From Sedimentisphaerales bacterium (GTDB lineage: Bacteria > Planctomycetota > Phycisphaerae > Sedimentisphaerales > SM23-30), in the NCBI GenBank assembly GCA_963666285.1, contig OY762711.1: 64,000 bases of DNA, one strand, 5' to 3'. The position numbers and the translations under genes are program-made. Within the stretch, counting starts at the first letter, position 1, and each line of letters starts with the position of its first letter. Under the pieces are notes generated by a model. It did not search any database and was not told the DNA's origin. It saw nothing but the letters and a program-made list of their open reading frames with translations. This document shows positions 10,501-19,591 of this stretch, piece by piece.

Positions 10501-12345
10501 GCTGACAATACAGCAACCAGTGAAGCATTAATTTTGACAGAAAACCCGCTAGAAGATACAGCTATATCCAATAGCATAATCTACAATAACAGTCCGCAGG
10601 ACTTGAAGTCTTCTGGAAACGAATACGATATTATCGCAGAATACTGCTGTATTCCTGGTTATTTAAATGGAAAGAATAATATCAGTGATAATCCTCTATT
10701 CCTCGATACAGAAAATAATAATTATCAATTGAGTGCATATTCTCCATGTGTAAATGCCGCATACCCGGCACCAGAAGAATACCCTTACACAGAAACTTAT
10801 GAAATGTATTATTATAAAAACACACTGCAGGATACAGGTGAGACAAGAATAGCACAAGCCGGAGAAGTGGGTGCCAATGCTCATTATAATCCCAATTACG
10901 ATATGGGTGCTTATGAGGTGCTTGACCTGACAGAAACCCTGGACCATGATATAACACCAGTGGCATTGTATTATGTAATTGACACCACCGAAGAATTCCA
11001 GGGTAATTTCAGCACAATAAGCGATGCTATTAATTCTGCTTCCCATTTTTATTACAATATAATAGAACTGGAACCCGGATTATACGACGAACAGGTGAGG
11101 ATATCGGTTTCCGGAATAACTATCCGCAGTAAAATGGAATCAAAACATCTGGCCATGCCGCTTACTATTATCAAAGCTGAAGATGATGGTGACCCTGCAA
11201 TTATTCTTGATTCCGGACAAGCATGGGATGTAACACTGGAAGGAATGACTATTGTCGGCGGCGGCGGCGATAAGATCAGTTCAGATCCAAACAGCCCTAC
11301 CGGCGGCGGTGGAATTTATAGCATTGATAATTCCGGACTAAACCTGAAATGGTGCACTATCGCACATAATACCGCAGATCTGGGCGGTGGAATAATGTTG
11401 AAATATTGTGACAGCATCAACATGGAACACTGCCTTATCAATAGTAATACAGCAAGCCGCAGACGCGGCGGCGGCATATACCTGGAAAACTGCTTTGATA
11501 TAGATATGAACTACTGCACGATAACATCCAATACGAGCAGCACCGGCGAAGACACTGACACTGACTATACCCAGACAGGCGGCATATATCTTGAAGGGAC
11601 ATATTCAAATGTTAATATAAAGAATAGTATAATATGGAGCAACACCCCTACCAACGTCAACAAACTGGGCCAGGATGACAGCGACATAACGTATGCAAAC
11701 TGTGTTATCCCGGATGCAGAAGGAACAGATATAATAGAGACTAATCCATATTTCGGTAATGCCAGTATTAAGGAATTTCATTTGCGATCACCCGCAGGAA
11801 GATATATGACCTGGTACCGACAATGGACAAAAGATGCAAATACCAACGTCAATAAAAGTCCGGCTATAGATGCTGCGGATGGGACAAGCGAAGAACTGGC
11901 GACTGAATTATTCCCGGCAGGAGCAAACACCAACATTGGAGTTTACGGAGCAAGCCCGGAAGCCTCACTAAGCTACAAACAAGACGTTACTGATTTTGAC
12001 ATTGCTGACATAAACGGTGACTATATTATTGATTATATCGACCTGATTGCCCTTAGTGAAAACTGGCTAAACGTAGACTGTTTCACTAATATAGACAGGG
12101 ATAATGACTGCCTGGTGAGCATGACAGACCTTATCCAGATTGCGGCAAACTGGCAGACAGCAGATGAATTTGGCCAGGCCAATATAAATAATGATGAAGC
12201 TGTAGATATTTCAGACTTTGCTATTCTAACGGAAAACTGGCATAGTTCCGAGACTAACAATACTGCGGACCGTAATCAGGACGGAATTGTTGACCTGACA
12301 GACCTGGAAATAGTAGTCAGTCAATGGCTGGCAACCCAGGAATAA
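7576..12345 (+). CDS. Large secreted right-handed parallel beta-helix repeat protein with four C-terminal dockerin-like repeats
   Basis: Signal peptide; four modules opening with IQ.A(I/V)D.A..GD.I.L.PG.Y-like sequences and containing GGGI(Y) and NxA repeats; SPCID.G motifs; four D.N.D..VD..D...W repeats. Confidence 0.85.
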   Translation: MVKRAITLLSILLIPAQVLYSEVFELNPGDKIQTAVDAATDGDTIILNPGSYTGTGNYNIAIKGKTLTITTPNPQSTSQYTIISAGGSSGSRIFKINQDEDSEDTNVTLEGLYLSDATIHAVICEGLDGTRPELTMRYCNVSNSGNSNMTGGIVVRNSGTVTLSGCAIENNETGRLAAGIYAENCEQLEVVKTVIRNNTCTTSGSIGGGIYIYNSTAYFDYCFIYGNSTIAQGGAVYIDNSGSSDLEIAFYNCVISGNSANSGGGIYSYDVANPQFINCIFYGNKNYGLVCKKSNSETLTAELKNSIIWANETGQIYSPLVDIDVSYCFVEDGYEDGRHIFTEDPDFKEVGEWNDDGDTWTDPFDSSNSAWRLNFTSPCIDSGDPNYLPLSPESKDIDGDDRFIGFTVDPGIDEYSDTDTGKVYNSTQDNWYGTIEEAMAMAYGGDELLLSPGLYNEYIILTSELNGITISGFKPYNDDFRQGTIIDGSGYNEPVIQLFEQSIGADTTITGLTIKGGIGLSDALPGGSAGGGIYCKYASPTISHCRIEENSADIGGGIAVIQASPRITGCIVINNTCEVNGSGIAVINNSSPQISNCAINENVSGVYGDVITGGLYFDETSYPEDNIIRNCLFRENQPHGLYYENIADLEINSTIFDKNTDPNFVVDLFATNDNITLNYCDFVNGWDGPGIENTDRTVTFNSDYKPEVSYHIDDFINSGDPEYEPGDDVVDIDGNQRKLHCRIDIGPYEIVDIVQYNRKNAVIYDNDIYCTIQEAIDEAEPDSYISLSKGIYKENVIIDKEGITLKGSAVSTPEDIEEIVIDGSYKTIPDLTDVSDPNDPNYQGAAITLAYGQASDTLLQFITLKGGWGSLDSNGKLNGGGISSQNNDNIRIENCVIKNSTADNGGGIYIKGSDMLLILENLIYGNSATENGGGINIVDCEESYIANCQITKNQSDTASAFYSSESKTSIDFCTIADNTATSEALILTENPLEDTAISNSIIYNNSPQDLKSSGNEYDIIAEYCCIPGYLNGKNNISDNPLFLDTENNNYQLSAYSPCVNAAYPAPEEYPYTETYEMYYYKNTLQDTGETRIAQAGEVGANAHYNPNYDMGAYEVLDLTETLDHDITPVALYYVIDTTEEFQGNFSTISDAINSASHFYYNIIELEPGLYDEQVRISVSGITIRSKMESKHLAMPLTIIKAEDDGDPAIILDSGQAWDVTLEGMTIVGGGGDKISSDPNSPTGGGGIYSIDNSGLNLKWCTIAHNTADLGGGIMLKYCDSINMEHCLINSNTASRRRGGGIYLENCFDIDMNYCTITSNTSSTGEDTDTDYTQTGGIYLEGTYSNVNIKNSIIWSNTPTNVNKLGQDDSDITYANCVIPDAEGTDIIETNPYFGNASIKEFHLRSPAGRYMTWYRQWTKDANTNVNKSPAIDAADGTSEELATELFPAGANTNIGVYGASPEASLSYKQDVTDFDIADINGDYIIDYIDLIALSENWLNVDCFTNIDRDNDCLVSMTDLIQIAANWQTADEFGQANINNDEAVDISDFAILTENWHSSETNNTADRNQDGIVDLTDLEIVVSQWLATQE

Positions 12346-12434
12346 GTAAAAACAAAGTCGTGAACCGAACTAACACATAACAGAAAACAATTAATAAGAA
12401 CAAAAATAGCGGCTACATTGCCATCCCGACTAAT

Positions 12435-13619
12435 ATGAATTTTGACATAACAAACGAAATATTTATAACCTGTGGAATCGGACTAAGTAAATACCTTGAA
12501 GGTGAGCTTGATTCCCTGGGATTTGACATATTAAAAGAAACCGGTACCGGCGTTACAGTTGAAGGTACACTATACGATGCAATGCTTCTTAATTTGTATC
12601 TTCGTTCGGCACTAAACGTATTTTACCTGCTGGACGAGTTTGAGTGTAACGGCTGCGAACAGCTGTATCGAATAACAAAAGAGCTGCCCTGGGAAAATAT
12701 TATACCAGCCAACAGCTATTTTTCCGTTACCAGCCGGGTAGACCACAAATCTGTAAAGAATACAATGTATCCGAACCTTAAGATCAAGGATGCAGTTGTA
12801 GATCGGATATTTGACAGGCTAAGCGAGCGGCCAAATTCCGGTCCGGACCGCCATAAGGTAGTGTTATATTTATTCTGGAAAGATAATATTGCCTCACTAT
12901 ACCTTAACACCTCCGGCAAGAAAATATCTGATCGCGGCTACCGGCGGATCCCTCATAAAGCGCCGCTGCGAGAAAACCTAGCATGGGCAATGATAAAAGA
13001 ATCCGGCTATGACGGCAGTGTACCATTTGTTGCCCCGATGTGTGGAAGTGGTACATTAGCAATTGAAGCTGCGTTAATAGCTTCCGGGCGTATACCGGGG
13101 CTTCTTAGAGATAATTATAGTTTTATGCACTATAAGGATTTTGACAATGAACACTGGCAGAATATGAGACTGAAGGCGAAAAAAGCCGGCAGTAAAAACA
13201 AACCGGCACCAATTATCGCAACCGATATAGATCCACTGGCGGTAGAAGCAGCCCAAAAGAATGCGATGACAGCCGGAGTAGAGCAATATATCGAGTTTAA
13301 GACCTGTGATTTTGCCGAAACTTCGATGCCTGAACAGCCGGGCATAATCATGCTGAACCCTGAATACGGTAAACGACTGGGCGATATCAAAAAGCTGGAA
13401 CCAGAGTATAAGCGTTTGGGCGATTTTTTCAAATCCAACTGTCCCGGCTATATGGGCTATATTTTTACCGGCAACCCACAACTGGCTAAGAAAGTTGGGC
13501 TAAAGACCAAACGTAAGATCCCATTTTTTAATGCAGATATGGAATGCCGACTGCTGGAATATGAGCTGTATTCTGGAACGCGAAAAACTACTCTTCAGGA
13601 TGCATCCGATGAACAATAA
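12435..13619 (+). CDS. THUMP-domain class I SAM-dependent rRNA methyltransferase (RlmL/YpsC-like)
   Basis: RGYR, APLRENLA, PMCGSGTLAIEAA, DID and NPEYG motifs. Confidence 0.9.
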   Translation: MNFDITNEIFITCGIGLSKYLEGELDSLGFDILKETGTGVTVEGTLYDAMLLNLYLRSALNVFYLLDEFECNGCEQLYRITKELPWENIIPANSYFSVTSRVDHKSVKNTMYPNLKIKDAVVDRIFDRLSERPNSGPDRHKVVLYLFWKDNIASLYLNTSGKKISDRGYRRIPHKAPLRENLAWAMIKESGYDGSVPFVAPMCGSGTLAIEAALIASGRIPGLLRDNYSFMHYKDFDNEHWQNMRLKAKKAGSKNKPAPIIATDIDPLAVEAAQKNAMTAGVEQYIEFKTCDFAETSMPEQPGIIMLNPEYGKRLGDIKKLEPEYKRLGDFFKSNCPGYMGYIFTGNPQLAKKVGLKTKRKIPFFNADMECRLLEYELYSGTRKTTLQDASDEQ

Positions 13620-13645
13620 TTGATACGATTATCAATACCGATTTT

Positions 13646-14425
13646 TTACAATTTATATGATATGCCGGTAAAAATTGAAAGGGAATGATCATCATCAACC
13701 AGCGGGCTATCAGAGATTTCATCAGCCATAAACGTTATTCCAACGGCATTAAACCATGACCATCTATCGTTAATTTTATAGTTCAGGCTGGCTCCTAATA
13801 GATAATTAAAACCGCCGCCGGCGTTATATGCCGGGCGACCAGAGCGAGCTTCATCATTTCTTACCCCGAAATAATAATCGTTTAGATTTTCACTTCTCCA
13901 GCTTGCACCCGCTGTCAGGTTTAAGGATAGATTTTCATTATTGAATATCGCAGGTATGCGTTCAGATATACTCAAGCTCAGTTCATAACCATCATGCTCG
14001 GACATAACATCTGTCATCGCATCGAAACTAACAGCATATTTACCCATGAAACTATATTCAGCTAATATTCCCGCCTCTAATGTCGGACGCCTTGGATCCA
14101 TACCATCATAATAGTCACTCTCATCATCATCGATATATTCCAGCCTGCCACCGATCTGAGCAGCAAGTTTGAAACCTTCCCGGCTTCCAATCAGCCATTT
14201 ACCAGCAGTTAAACCTTTCAGATAATAGTCTTCCGACAAATATACGACATTGGGTACAGGAATAACCCTGGTATCTTCATCCTTATAGACAGAATCAGAA
14301 AATACCGCACCTGCGCCAATGGCAAAATAAGGCAAATCATTATTTTTTGATTCGGCTTCATCCTGCGCAATCCCGTGTGATGAACAAACACAAACCATAA
14401 CAGCTATTAAAATTTTATTTATCAT
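13646..14425 (-). CDS. MipA/OmpV family outer membrane protein
   Basis: Signal peptide, GAGA...YK, DYYFGV, DEISDSPLVD and a terminal GISYKL beta-strand. Confidence 0.88.
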   Translation of the reverse strand: MINKILIAVMVCVCSSHGIAQDEAESKNNDLPYFAIGAGAVFSDSVYKDEDTRVIPVPNVVYLSEDYYLKGLTAGKWLIGSREGFKLAAQIGGRLEYIDDDESDYYDGMDPRRPTLEAGILAEYSFMGKYAVSFDAMTDVMSEHDGYELSLSISERIPAIFNNENLSLNLTAGASWRSENLNDYYFGVRNDEARSGRPAYNAGGGFNYLLGASLNYKINDRWSWFNAVGITFMADEISDSPLVDDDHSLSIFTGISYKL

Positions 14426-14452
14426 ATTCTACACACTCCAATATAAATTATG

Positions 14453-15169
14453 CTATTTACTCTTAAATTTCGCATCTTCAGATAGTTCACCAAGATCTTT
14501 TAACGCGTTAAATGCAGCAAGCTGCTCAGCCTCTTTTTTACTTGGCCCCCAGGCAGAATCAAATCTTCTGCGGTCGATGATAACCCCAACCTCGAAACAT
14601 TTGCTATGGTCAGGGCCTTTCTCATCAAGAATCTCATAATAAGGAGTTGAGCCAAACATTCGCTGGGAATACTGCTGCAGCATGCTCTTGTAGTTGTCCT
14701 GCGGCTTGCGGGCGTCAGCATTGTCCAGCAGATCGCCCATACATTTGATAATAAACTTTCGGCTGCTCTCGTAGCCACCATCAAGATAAATTGCACCAAT
14801 CACCGATTCAAAAGCTCCCGCGGAACAGGACATTGGCAAAGTCCGCTGACTGGTCATCCCCTTGCCCATAACCATATAGTCGGTAAGATTTATATCCTGG
14901 GCCACTCTCGCACAAGTTCGGCGTGAGACAAGCATACTCTTTACCTTGGTAAGTTCACCCTCGAGATATTCTGGAAATCGGTTGAACAACTCTTCGCAAA
15001 CCGTTACACCCAGTATCGCATCACCAAGGAATTCTAGTCTTTCATTACTATCTAGCCGCCTATCGGAAGCAGATGCATGACGCAATGCTTTTTCCAATAG
15101 TGAAACATCTTTGAATTGATAATCAATAACCTCTTGAAACAGGTCTATTTTATTTGTTTCAGTATCCAT
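14453..15169 (-). CDS. rnc: Ribonuclease III
   Basis: NERLEFLGDAILG signature, FESVIGAIYLDGG, dsRBD (NYKSMLQ...GPDH...SKKEAEQLAA). Start placed at ATG 15169 (MDTETN...) rather than 15235. Confidence 0.97.
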   Translation of the reverse strand: MDTETNKIDLFQEVIDYQFKDVSLLEKALRHASASDRRLDSNERLEFLGDAILGVTVCEELFNRFPEYLEGELTKVKSMLVSRRTCARVAQDINLTDYMVMGKGMTSQRTLPMSCSAGAFESVIGAIYLDGGYESSRKFIIKCMGDLLDNADARKPQDNYKSMLQQYSQRMFGSTPYYEILDEKGPDHSKCFEVGVIIDRRRFDSAWGPSKKEAEQLAAFNALKDLGELSEDAKFKSK

Positions 15170-15782
15170 TATTTCTAACTCCGGATTCTGACTCTTGACC
15201 TGTAACGGAAAAGGCCTGGAATAGCCCCTTGGCATAATAAAAATTATACCCAGGCCTGTTGCGTTAAAAGTCGTTCGTCATATGCAAAAAACTCACTGGC
15301 GGTCAAGCCAATATTATCAACAAAATATTACTAACATAGCAAAGCTTTGTCAATCTTTTTGAACTATTCACTATTTTCGGCAAAAAACACTGCCCAACTT
15401 TCACATAAAACTACTAAAGTGCAAAAAGCGAGATAACCATTTATTTTACAAACAGTTAAGTAAATACCGAGCTTACAAAAATGTCAATATAAAGCTATTA
15501 TCAACTTAGGAGCAAATACCAAAAATGATAAAAACGGGAACATTTACAGCTAATATCGGTCTAATAGAATCATACAATAAAATCCATATCAGCAAAAACA
15601 TTATCAGCTATATAGCTCAAACTAATCAATGGGAACCTGAATGGACTTTGGCACCAGATTACACTAAAGTGACGGCTGGCAACTATATTTGAATAAAAAA
15701 CAATTGATACCTCAGGTTTATACTGATAGAATAATTTTGTGTTTATGATTCTTATTTTAATTTTGGCTTCGAGAAAACTAAT

Positions 15783-17021
15783 ATGAAAAGACTGTTAACA
15801 ATTGCATTATTATTACTAACGTTTTTTGAGGCAGGTTCTCTATCTGCAGCCCTTCCGGAGGGAAAAATCAATCTGCAAGTTCTTTATGTTGGTTTGCCCG
15901 ATACTGACCGTACCAAAAGCTTCAAATCTCTACTGGAAGAGCATTTCACCAAAGTAGCTATTGCCGATTATAACACATTCCAGGAAAGCCAGACGGCAGG
16001 TGCAGATGTGGTTATCCTGGACAAAGACGGTGTAGAGTGGAAAGAGCTGAACATATCATTATCTGACGAATACAGTAAGCCTACTATAACAATCGGCACT
16101 CCGGGTGCTTTCTGGTGTCACCATAAAAACCTTAAAATAAGGTATATGTGAAACTGTTTAAGAGATGCGGCTCATGTTGAGTCGCTTGAGCATGCTGTTT
16201 TTAACCAGCCATATAAAATTAAATTTGAATGGGAAACTGTCAACACCCCGGAATCTTATAAGAAACACAAGCCGGACAATGTAACGCTGGGCGAAAAGAT
16301 GAAAATCTGGCAGATTCAGGATTCCGGGAAAGGTGCCGGCAGCGGCGGAACCGTATCATATGCAATTGAACCGGGAATAGACAGCATAGATGCCGAGCAG
16401 ATAATGTATGGATATGCACCGGGCAAGGCATATACTGCAACCGCTATCCTACGACATGGCAATTTCCTGCAATGGGGATACAGCTGCGAACCGGCTAGAA
16501 TGACCGAATCCGGGAGACGGCTGTTTATTAACTGTATTGTATATATTGCTAATTTTAACGGTAAGAAACCTTTTGTTACCAACCAATGCCAATCTCCGGA
16601 TAAAGTAATAACTTATATTGGATATCGAATAACAGGCAATCGCAGTCTGGATGTATATTGCCCAAAGGAAATGATTGATAAGTTTTCGCCCTCTGAACTG
16701 ATAAAAGAATACAAAAACAATAAAAGCATGTTCTATAAAGACGAAAACAACCTCTACTGTATTGATTATGAGCTTAAAGAACTTGGCTTTCCGAGCAATA
16801 GCGAAATTAACAATCTGGATATTTTTATCGACATGCTAAAAGACAATGAAAAAGCACAAACCGGGAAAAAAATGCTGCAGCGATATACCGGCAAAGAGTT
16901 TGATACATATAAAGACGCAAAAGAATGGCTCGACACAAACCGGGAATACCTGTTGTTTATACCAAGGTGTAATTATAAATTTGTTGTGCTGCCGGACAAA
17001 GTGGAAAAACTGCTAAAATAA
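15783..17021 (+). CDS. Putative secreted selenoprotein (412 aa, in-frame TGA at codon 123, U-x-C motif); joins track ORFs 15783..16151 and 16299..17021
   Basis: Both ORFs are in the same frame; the only stop between them is TGA 16149-16151; readthrough gives ...IRYM-U-NCLRDAAHVESLEHAVFNQPY...; a hairpin follows the TGA; N-terminal signal peptide. Confidence 0.75.
16167..16185 (+). promoter_or_regulatory. Candidate bacterial SECIS element
   Basis: GCGGCTCA-TGT-TGAGTCGC forms an 8-bp stem with one G-U pair and a G-containing apical loop 23 nt after the UGA. Confidence 0.6.
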
Positions 17022-17047
17022 GTTAATTATAAAAGGGGATTGCAGTT

Positions 17048-17692
17048 ATGGGATATATAATAGTAATAATAATTACAATAGTGTTAAGTATCGTGGTAAT
17101 GTCTGGATGCAAGAAAGATGATGAACATACTAACACTAAACCATACAATTCCCAGACAGTGGAACCAGTCAGAATCAAAGACATTGAGATTACTAGAGAG
17201 AAAATATCAAAAAAATTAGCAAATCTTAAGGCACCGTTAAAAAGAGAACAAATAATAACCGCCATGTGCTATGCAGTAGCAGCACCTCCTAAAACAGCTG
17301 AATATATCTGCCCTGAATGCGGCTATAAAACTCAATATTCCTATGATGCGAGCGAATCTAATACCGGTAACCGTTATAACACTATCACAACAATTGCCTG
17401 GGAAATTGATACTTGCCGCAGGTATATTGAGATGATTAATCAAACCGAAATATCACTTGACGAATCGCAGTTTTGTTCACACTGTTCGCCAGAAATAAAT
17501 GAGCCCAAACTGGTTCTGGTAATCGAATATCCCGACCTGAAATATCGTTACGAGAATATACAATCAGCAGACCTTGAGCTGATATTAGACTTTTTAACCG
17601 GCAAAGAACTTGATGATGAAAACCAGCCAATATATGACAAGAAAAAACATTTGAGTGAATTATTAGGTATTGAACCAGAGGGGAAAAAATGA
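17048..17692 (+). CDS. Cys-rich lipoprotein of unknown function (AMCY, CPxCG, FCxHC), paralog 1
   Basis: Lipobox VVMSG-C; TAMCYAVAAPPKTAEYICPECG; ISLDESQFCSHCSP; clear similarity to the next gene. Confidence 0.8.
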   Translation: MGYIIVIIITIVLSIVVMSGCKKDDEHTNTKPYNSQTVEPVRIKDIEITREKISKKLANLKAPLKREQIITAMCYAVAAPPKTAEYICPECGYKTQYSYDASESNTGNRYNTITTIAWEIDTCRRYIEMINQTEISLDESQFCSHCSPEINEPKLVLVIEYPDLKYRYENIQSADLELILDFLTGKELDDENQPIYDKKKHLSELLGIEPEGKK

Positions 17693-18447
17693 TTTATATA
17701 ATCGGTTTTATCGCTACTGTTTTTTTGAGCATAATAATATTTTCCGGATGTAAAACTAATACAAACCCCAATACCCATCGCAATAGGGATACAAACACCA
17801 CATTAGCTAAACCAGAAAATAACAATTCTTTCACAATAATAGAAATAGCAAAAAAACTTAAAAATCTTAAAGAACCTTCTGAATACCGAGAAACAAGATC
17901 TGCTATGTGTTACTACACAGCAGGTCCACCAACTGCTTCTGAATATATTTGTCCTACCTGTGGCAACAAAACATTATATACCTTAGAAGATTATCAAGAT
18001 AGAATCAATTCTTCTCTTGCTATCGATAATAATTTAACTCTATATAACATCACCACAATGATTGGAGGAGAAATTGCATCTTGTCATCGCTATATTGAAA
18101 TAATCAGCAAACCAGAGATATCATTAGATGAATCTCAATTTTGTTTACATTGTTCCCCTGGAACAGTAACTCCTCAACTGGTACTAGTAATCAAATACTC
18201 CCAAAAAGAACATCGTTATGCCGGAGTAACCAGTGAAGATTTCAATCTTCTTTCTAAGTTTTTTGAAGGTAGTGAATTATATTATGAAGACTGCCATGTG
18301 TTGGATTGTAAAAAACATTTGGCGAAATTATTAGGCGTCGATCTTTTATTGTTATCAGAAGAAAGAGAGTTGCAAAGCCAGAATTCTACTATCGAAGATT
18401 TCAATAAGCACTTAAATGAAATGTTAAAATTCAAGGAAACAGAATAG
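17689..18447 (+). CDS. Cys-rich lipoprotein of unknown function (AMCY, CPxCG, FCxHC), paralog 2
   Basis: Lipobox IIFSG-C; SAMCYYTAGPPTASEYICPTCG; ISLDESQFCLHCSP; ATGA overlap with the previous gene. Confidence 0.8.
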   Translation: MIYIIGFIATVFLSIIIFSGCKTNTNPNTHRNRDTNTTLAKPENNNSFTIIEIAKKLKNLKEPSEYRETRSAMCYYTAGPPTASEYICPTCGNKTLYTLEDYQDRINSSLAIDNNLTLYNITTMIGGEIASCHRYIEIISKPEISLDESQFCLHCSPGTVTPQLVLVIKYSQKEHRYAGVTSEDFNLLSKFFEGSELYYEDCHVLDCKKHLAKLLGVDLLLLSEERELQSQNSTIEDFNKHLNEMLKFKETE

Positions 18448-18450
18448 ATA

Positions 18451-19545
18451 ATGAATAGTTCCAGGCGTTTAGCGAAATCGTTTTTACCGTCAGCTGCGGT
18501 ACTGGAGCTGACATATAAATGTAATCATAATTGTCTTTTTTGCAGTTGTCCGTGGCTGGACGATAAGAATGATTTTGACATTCGTGAAGAGCTTAACCTT
18601 AATCAGTGGAAAGAAATAATTGACAAGTCATGCGACATGGGAATAACCAGTTTTTCATTTACCGGCGGTGATCCACTAATGAAAGATTGCGTAATTGAAA
18701 TTATAGAATATACTGCCAATAAAGAAGTTGAATACATCAAATCAGAAAATGGCATTCTTACCACTTCACACGCCAAGCCTAATATGTATCTAATTACAAA
18801 CGGCAAAGCTATGACAGATGAAATACTTGATCTATGTTTGAAACATAATATGGATATCGGCATGTCACTTCCAGGTTTAGAAAGTTTTAAGACTCATACC
18901 GGGGGGGATGTCGATACTATACTAAACTGGTTCAAAAAAGCCAACCAGAAAGGTGTCACTACCACAGTTGGCATAACAGTAACGGCATTAAATATAGATG
19001 AACTGTTCGAAACAATATCAACAGCATTTATTGCCGGGGCCGATCGCCTGCTGCTTAACAGATTTCTTCCAGGTGGAAGAGGTATAAAACATGCAGATAA
19101 ATTATCAATTACAGCCGACCAGATCGTCCAAATGCTGGATACCGCAGAAGAGGTATTAAAACTTGCCAATCGATATGGAAGCGTAGGGACAGAGCTGCCA
19201 AAATGTATTATAGGCGAAAAAGAATATAAAAGATTAGAAGTTGGAACGACATGTGCTGCCGCTCGCGGTTTTTTTGTTATCGACCCATCAGGATATATTC
19301 GCAACTGTAATCATTCTCCTATTCGACTGCAGCATTATACTAATATTAACGATACCAAACTAGACCCCTATTGGAAATTTTTTACTACAAGAAAATATCT
19401 GCCAAAGAGCTGCCTGGGATGTAAATATATGCATTGCTGTGATGGAGGATGCCGGGAAGCTGCCCATATAATAGGCGGAAATATCGATTCATTAGACCCG
19501 GTATTAATCGTCAAAGACGGTAAAACCCAACCATACTGGCAATAA
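18451..19545 (+). CDS. Radical SAM/SPASM domain protein
   Basis: CNHNCLFC (CxxxCxxC), FTGGDP; SPASM cysteines CAAARG...GYIRNC...CLGCKYMHCCDGGC. Confidence 0.93.
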   Translation: MNSSRRLAKSFLPSAAVLELTYKCNHNCLFCSCPWLDDKNDFDIREELNLNQWKEIIDKSCDMGITSFSFTGGDPLMKDCVIEIIEYTANKEVEYIKSENGILTTSHAKPNMYLITNGKAMTDEILDLCLKHNMDIGMSLPGLESFKTHTGGDVDTILNWFKKANQKGVTTTVGITVTALNIDELFETISTAFIAGADRLLLNRFLPGGRGIKHADKLSITADQIVQMLDTAEEVLKLANRYGSVGTELPKCIIGEKEYKRLEVGTTCAAARGFFVIDPSGYIRNCNHSPIRLQHYTNINDTKLDPYWKFFTTRKYLPKSCLGCKYMHCCDGGCREAAHIIGGNIDSLDPVLIVKDGKTQPYWQ

Positions 19546-19591
19546 TTGGACAAAACTAACACCAACAATAAAGACAGACTTCCGCAAATCA

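Noticed and set aside
15783..17021. Two separate genes or a pseudogene
   Set aside because: Same frame, a single TGA in a U-x-C context, a hairpin after it and protein-like intervening sequence favour Sec readthrough; a nonsense mutation is not fully excluded.
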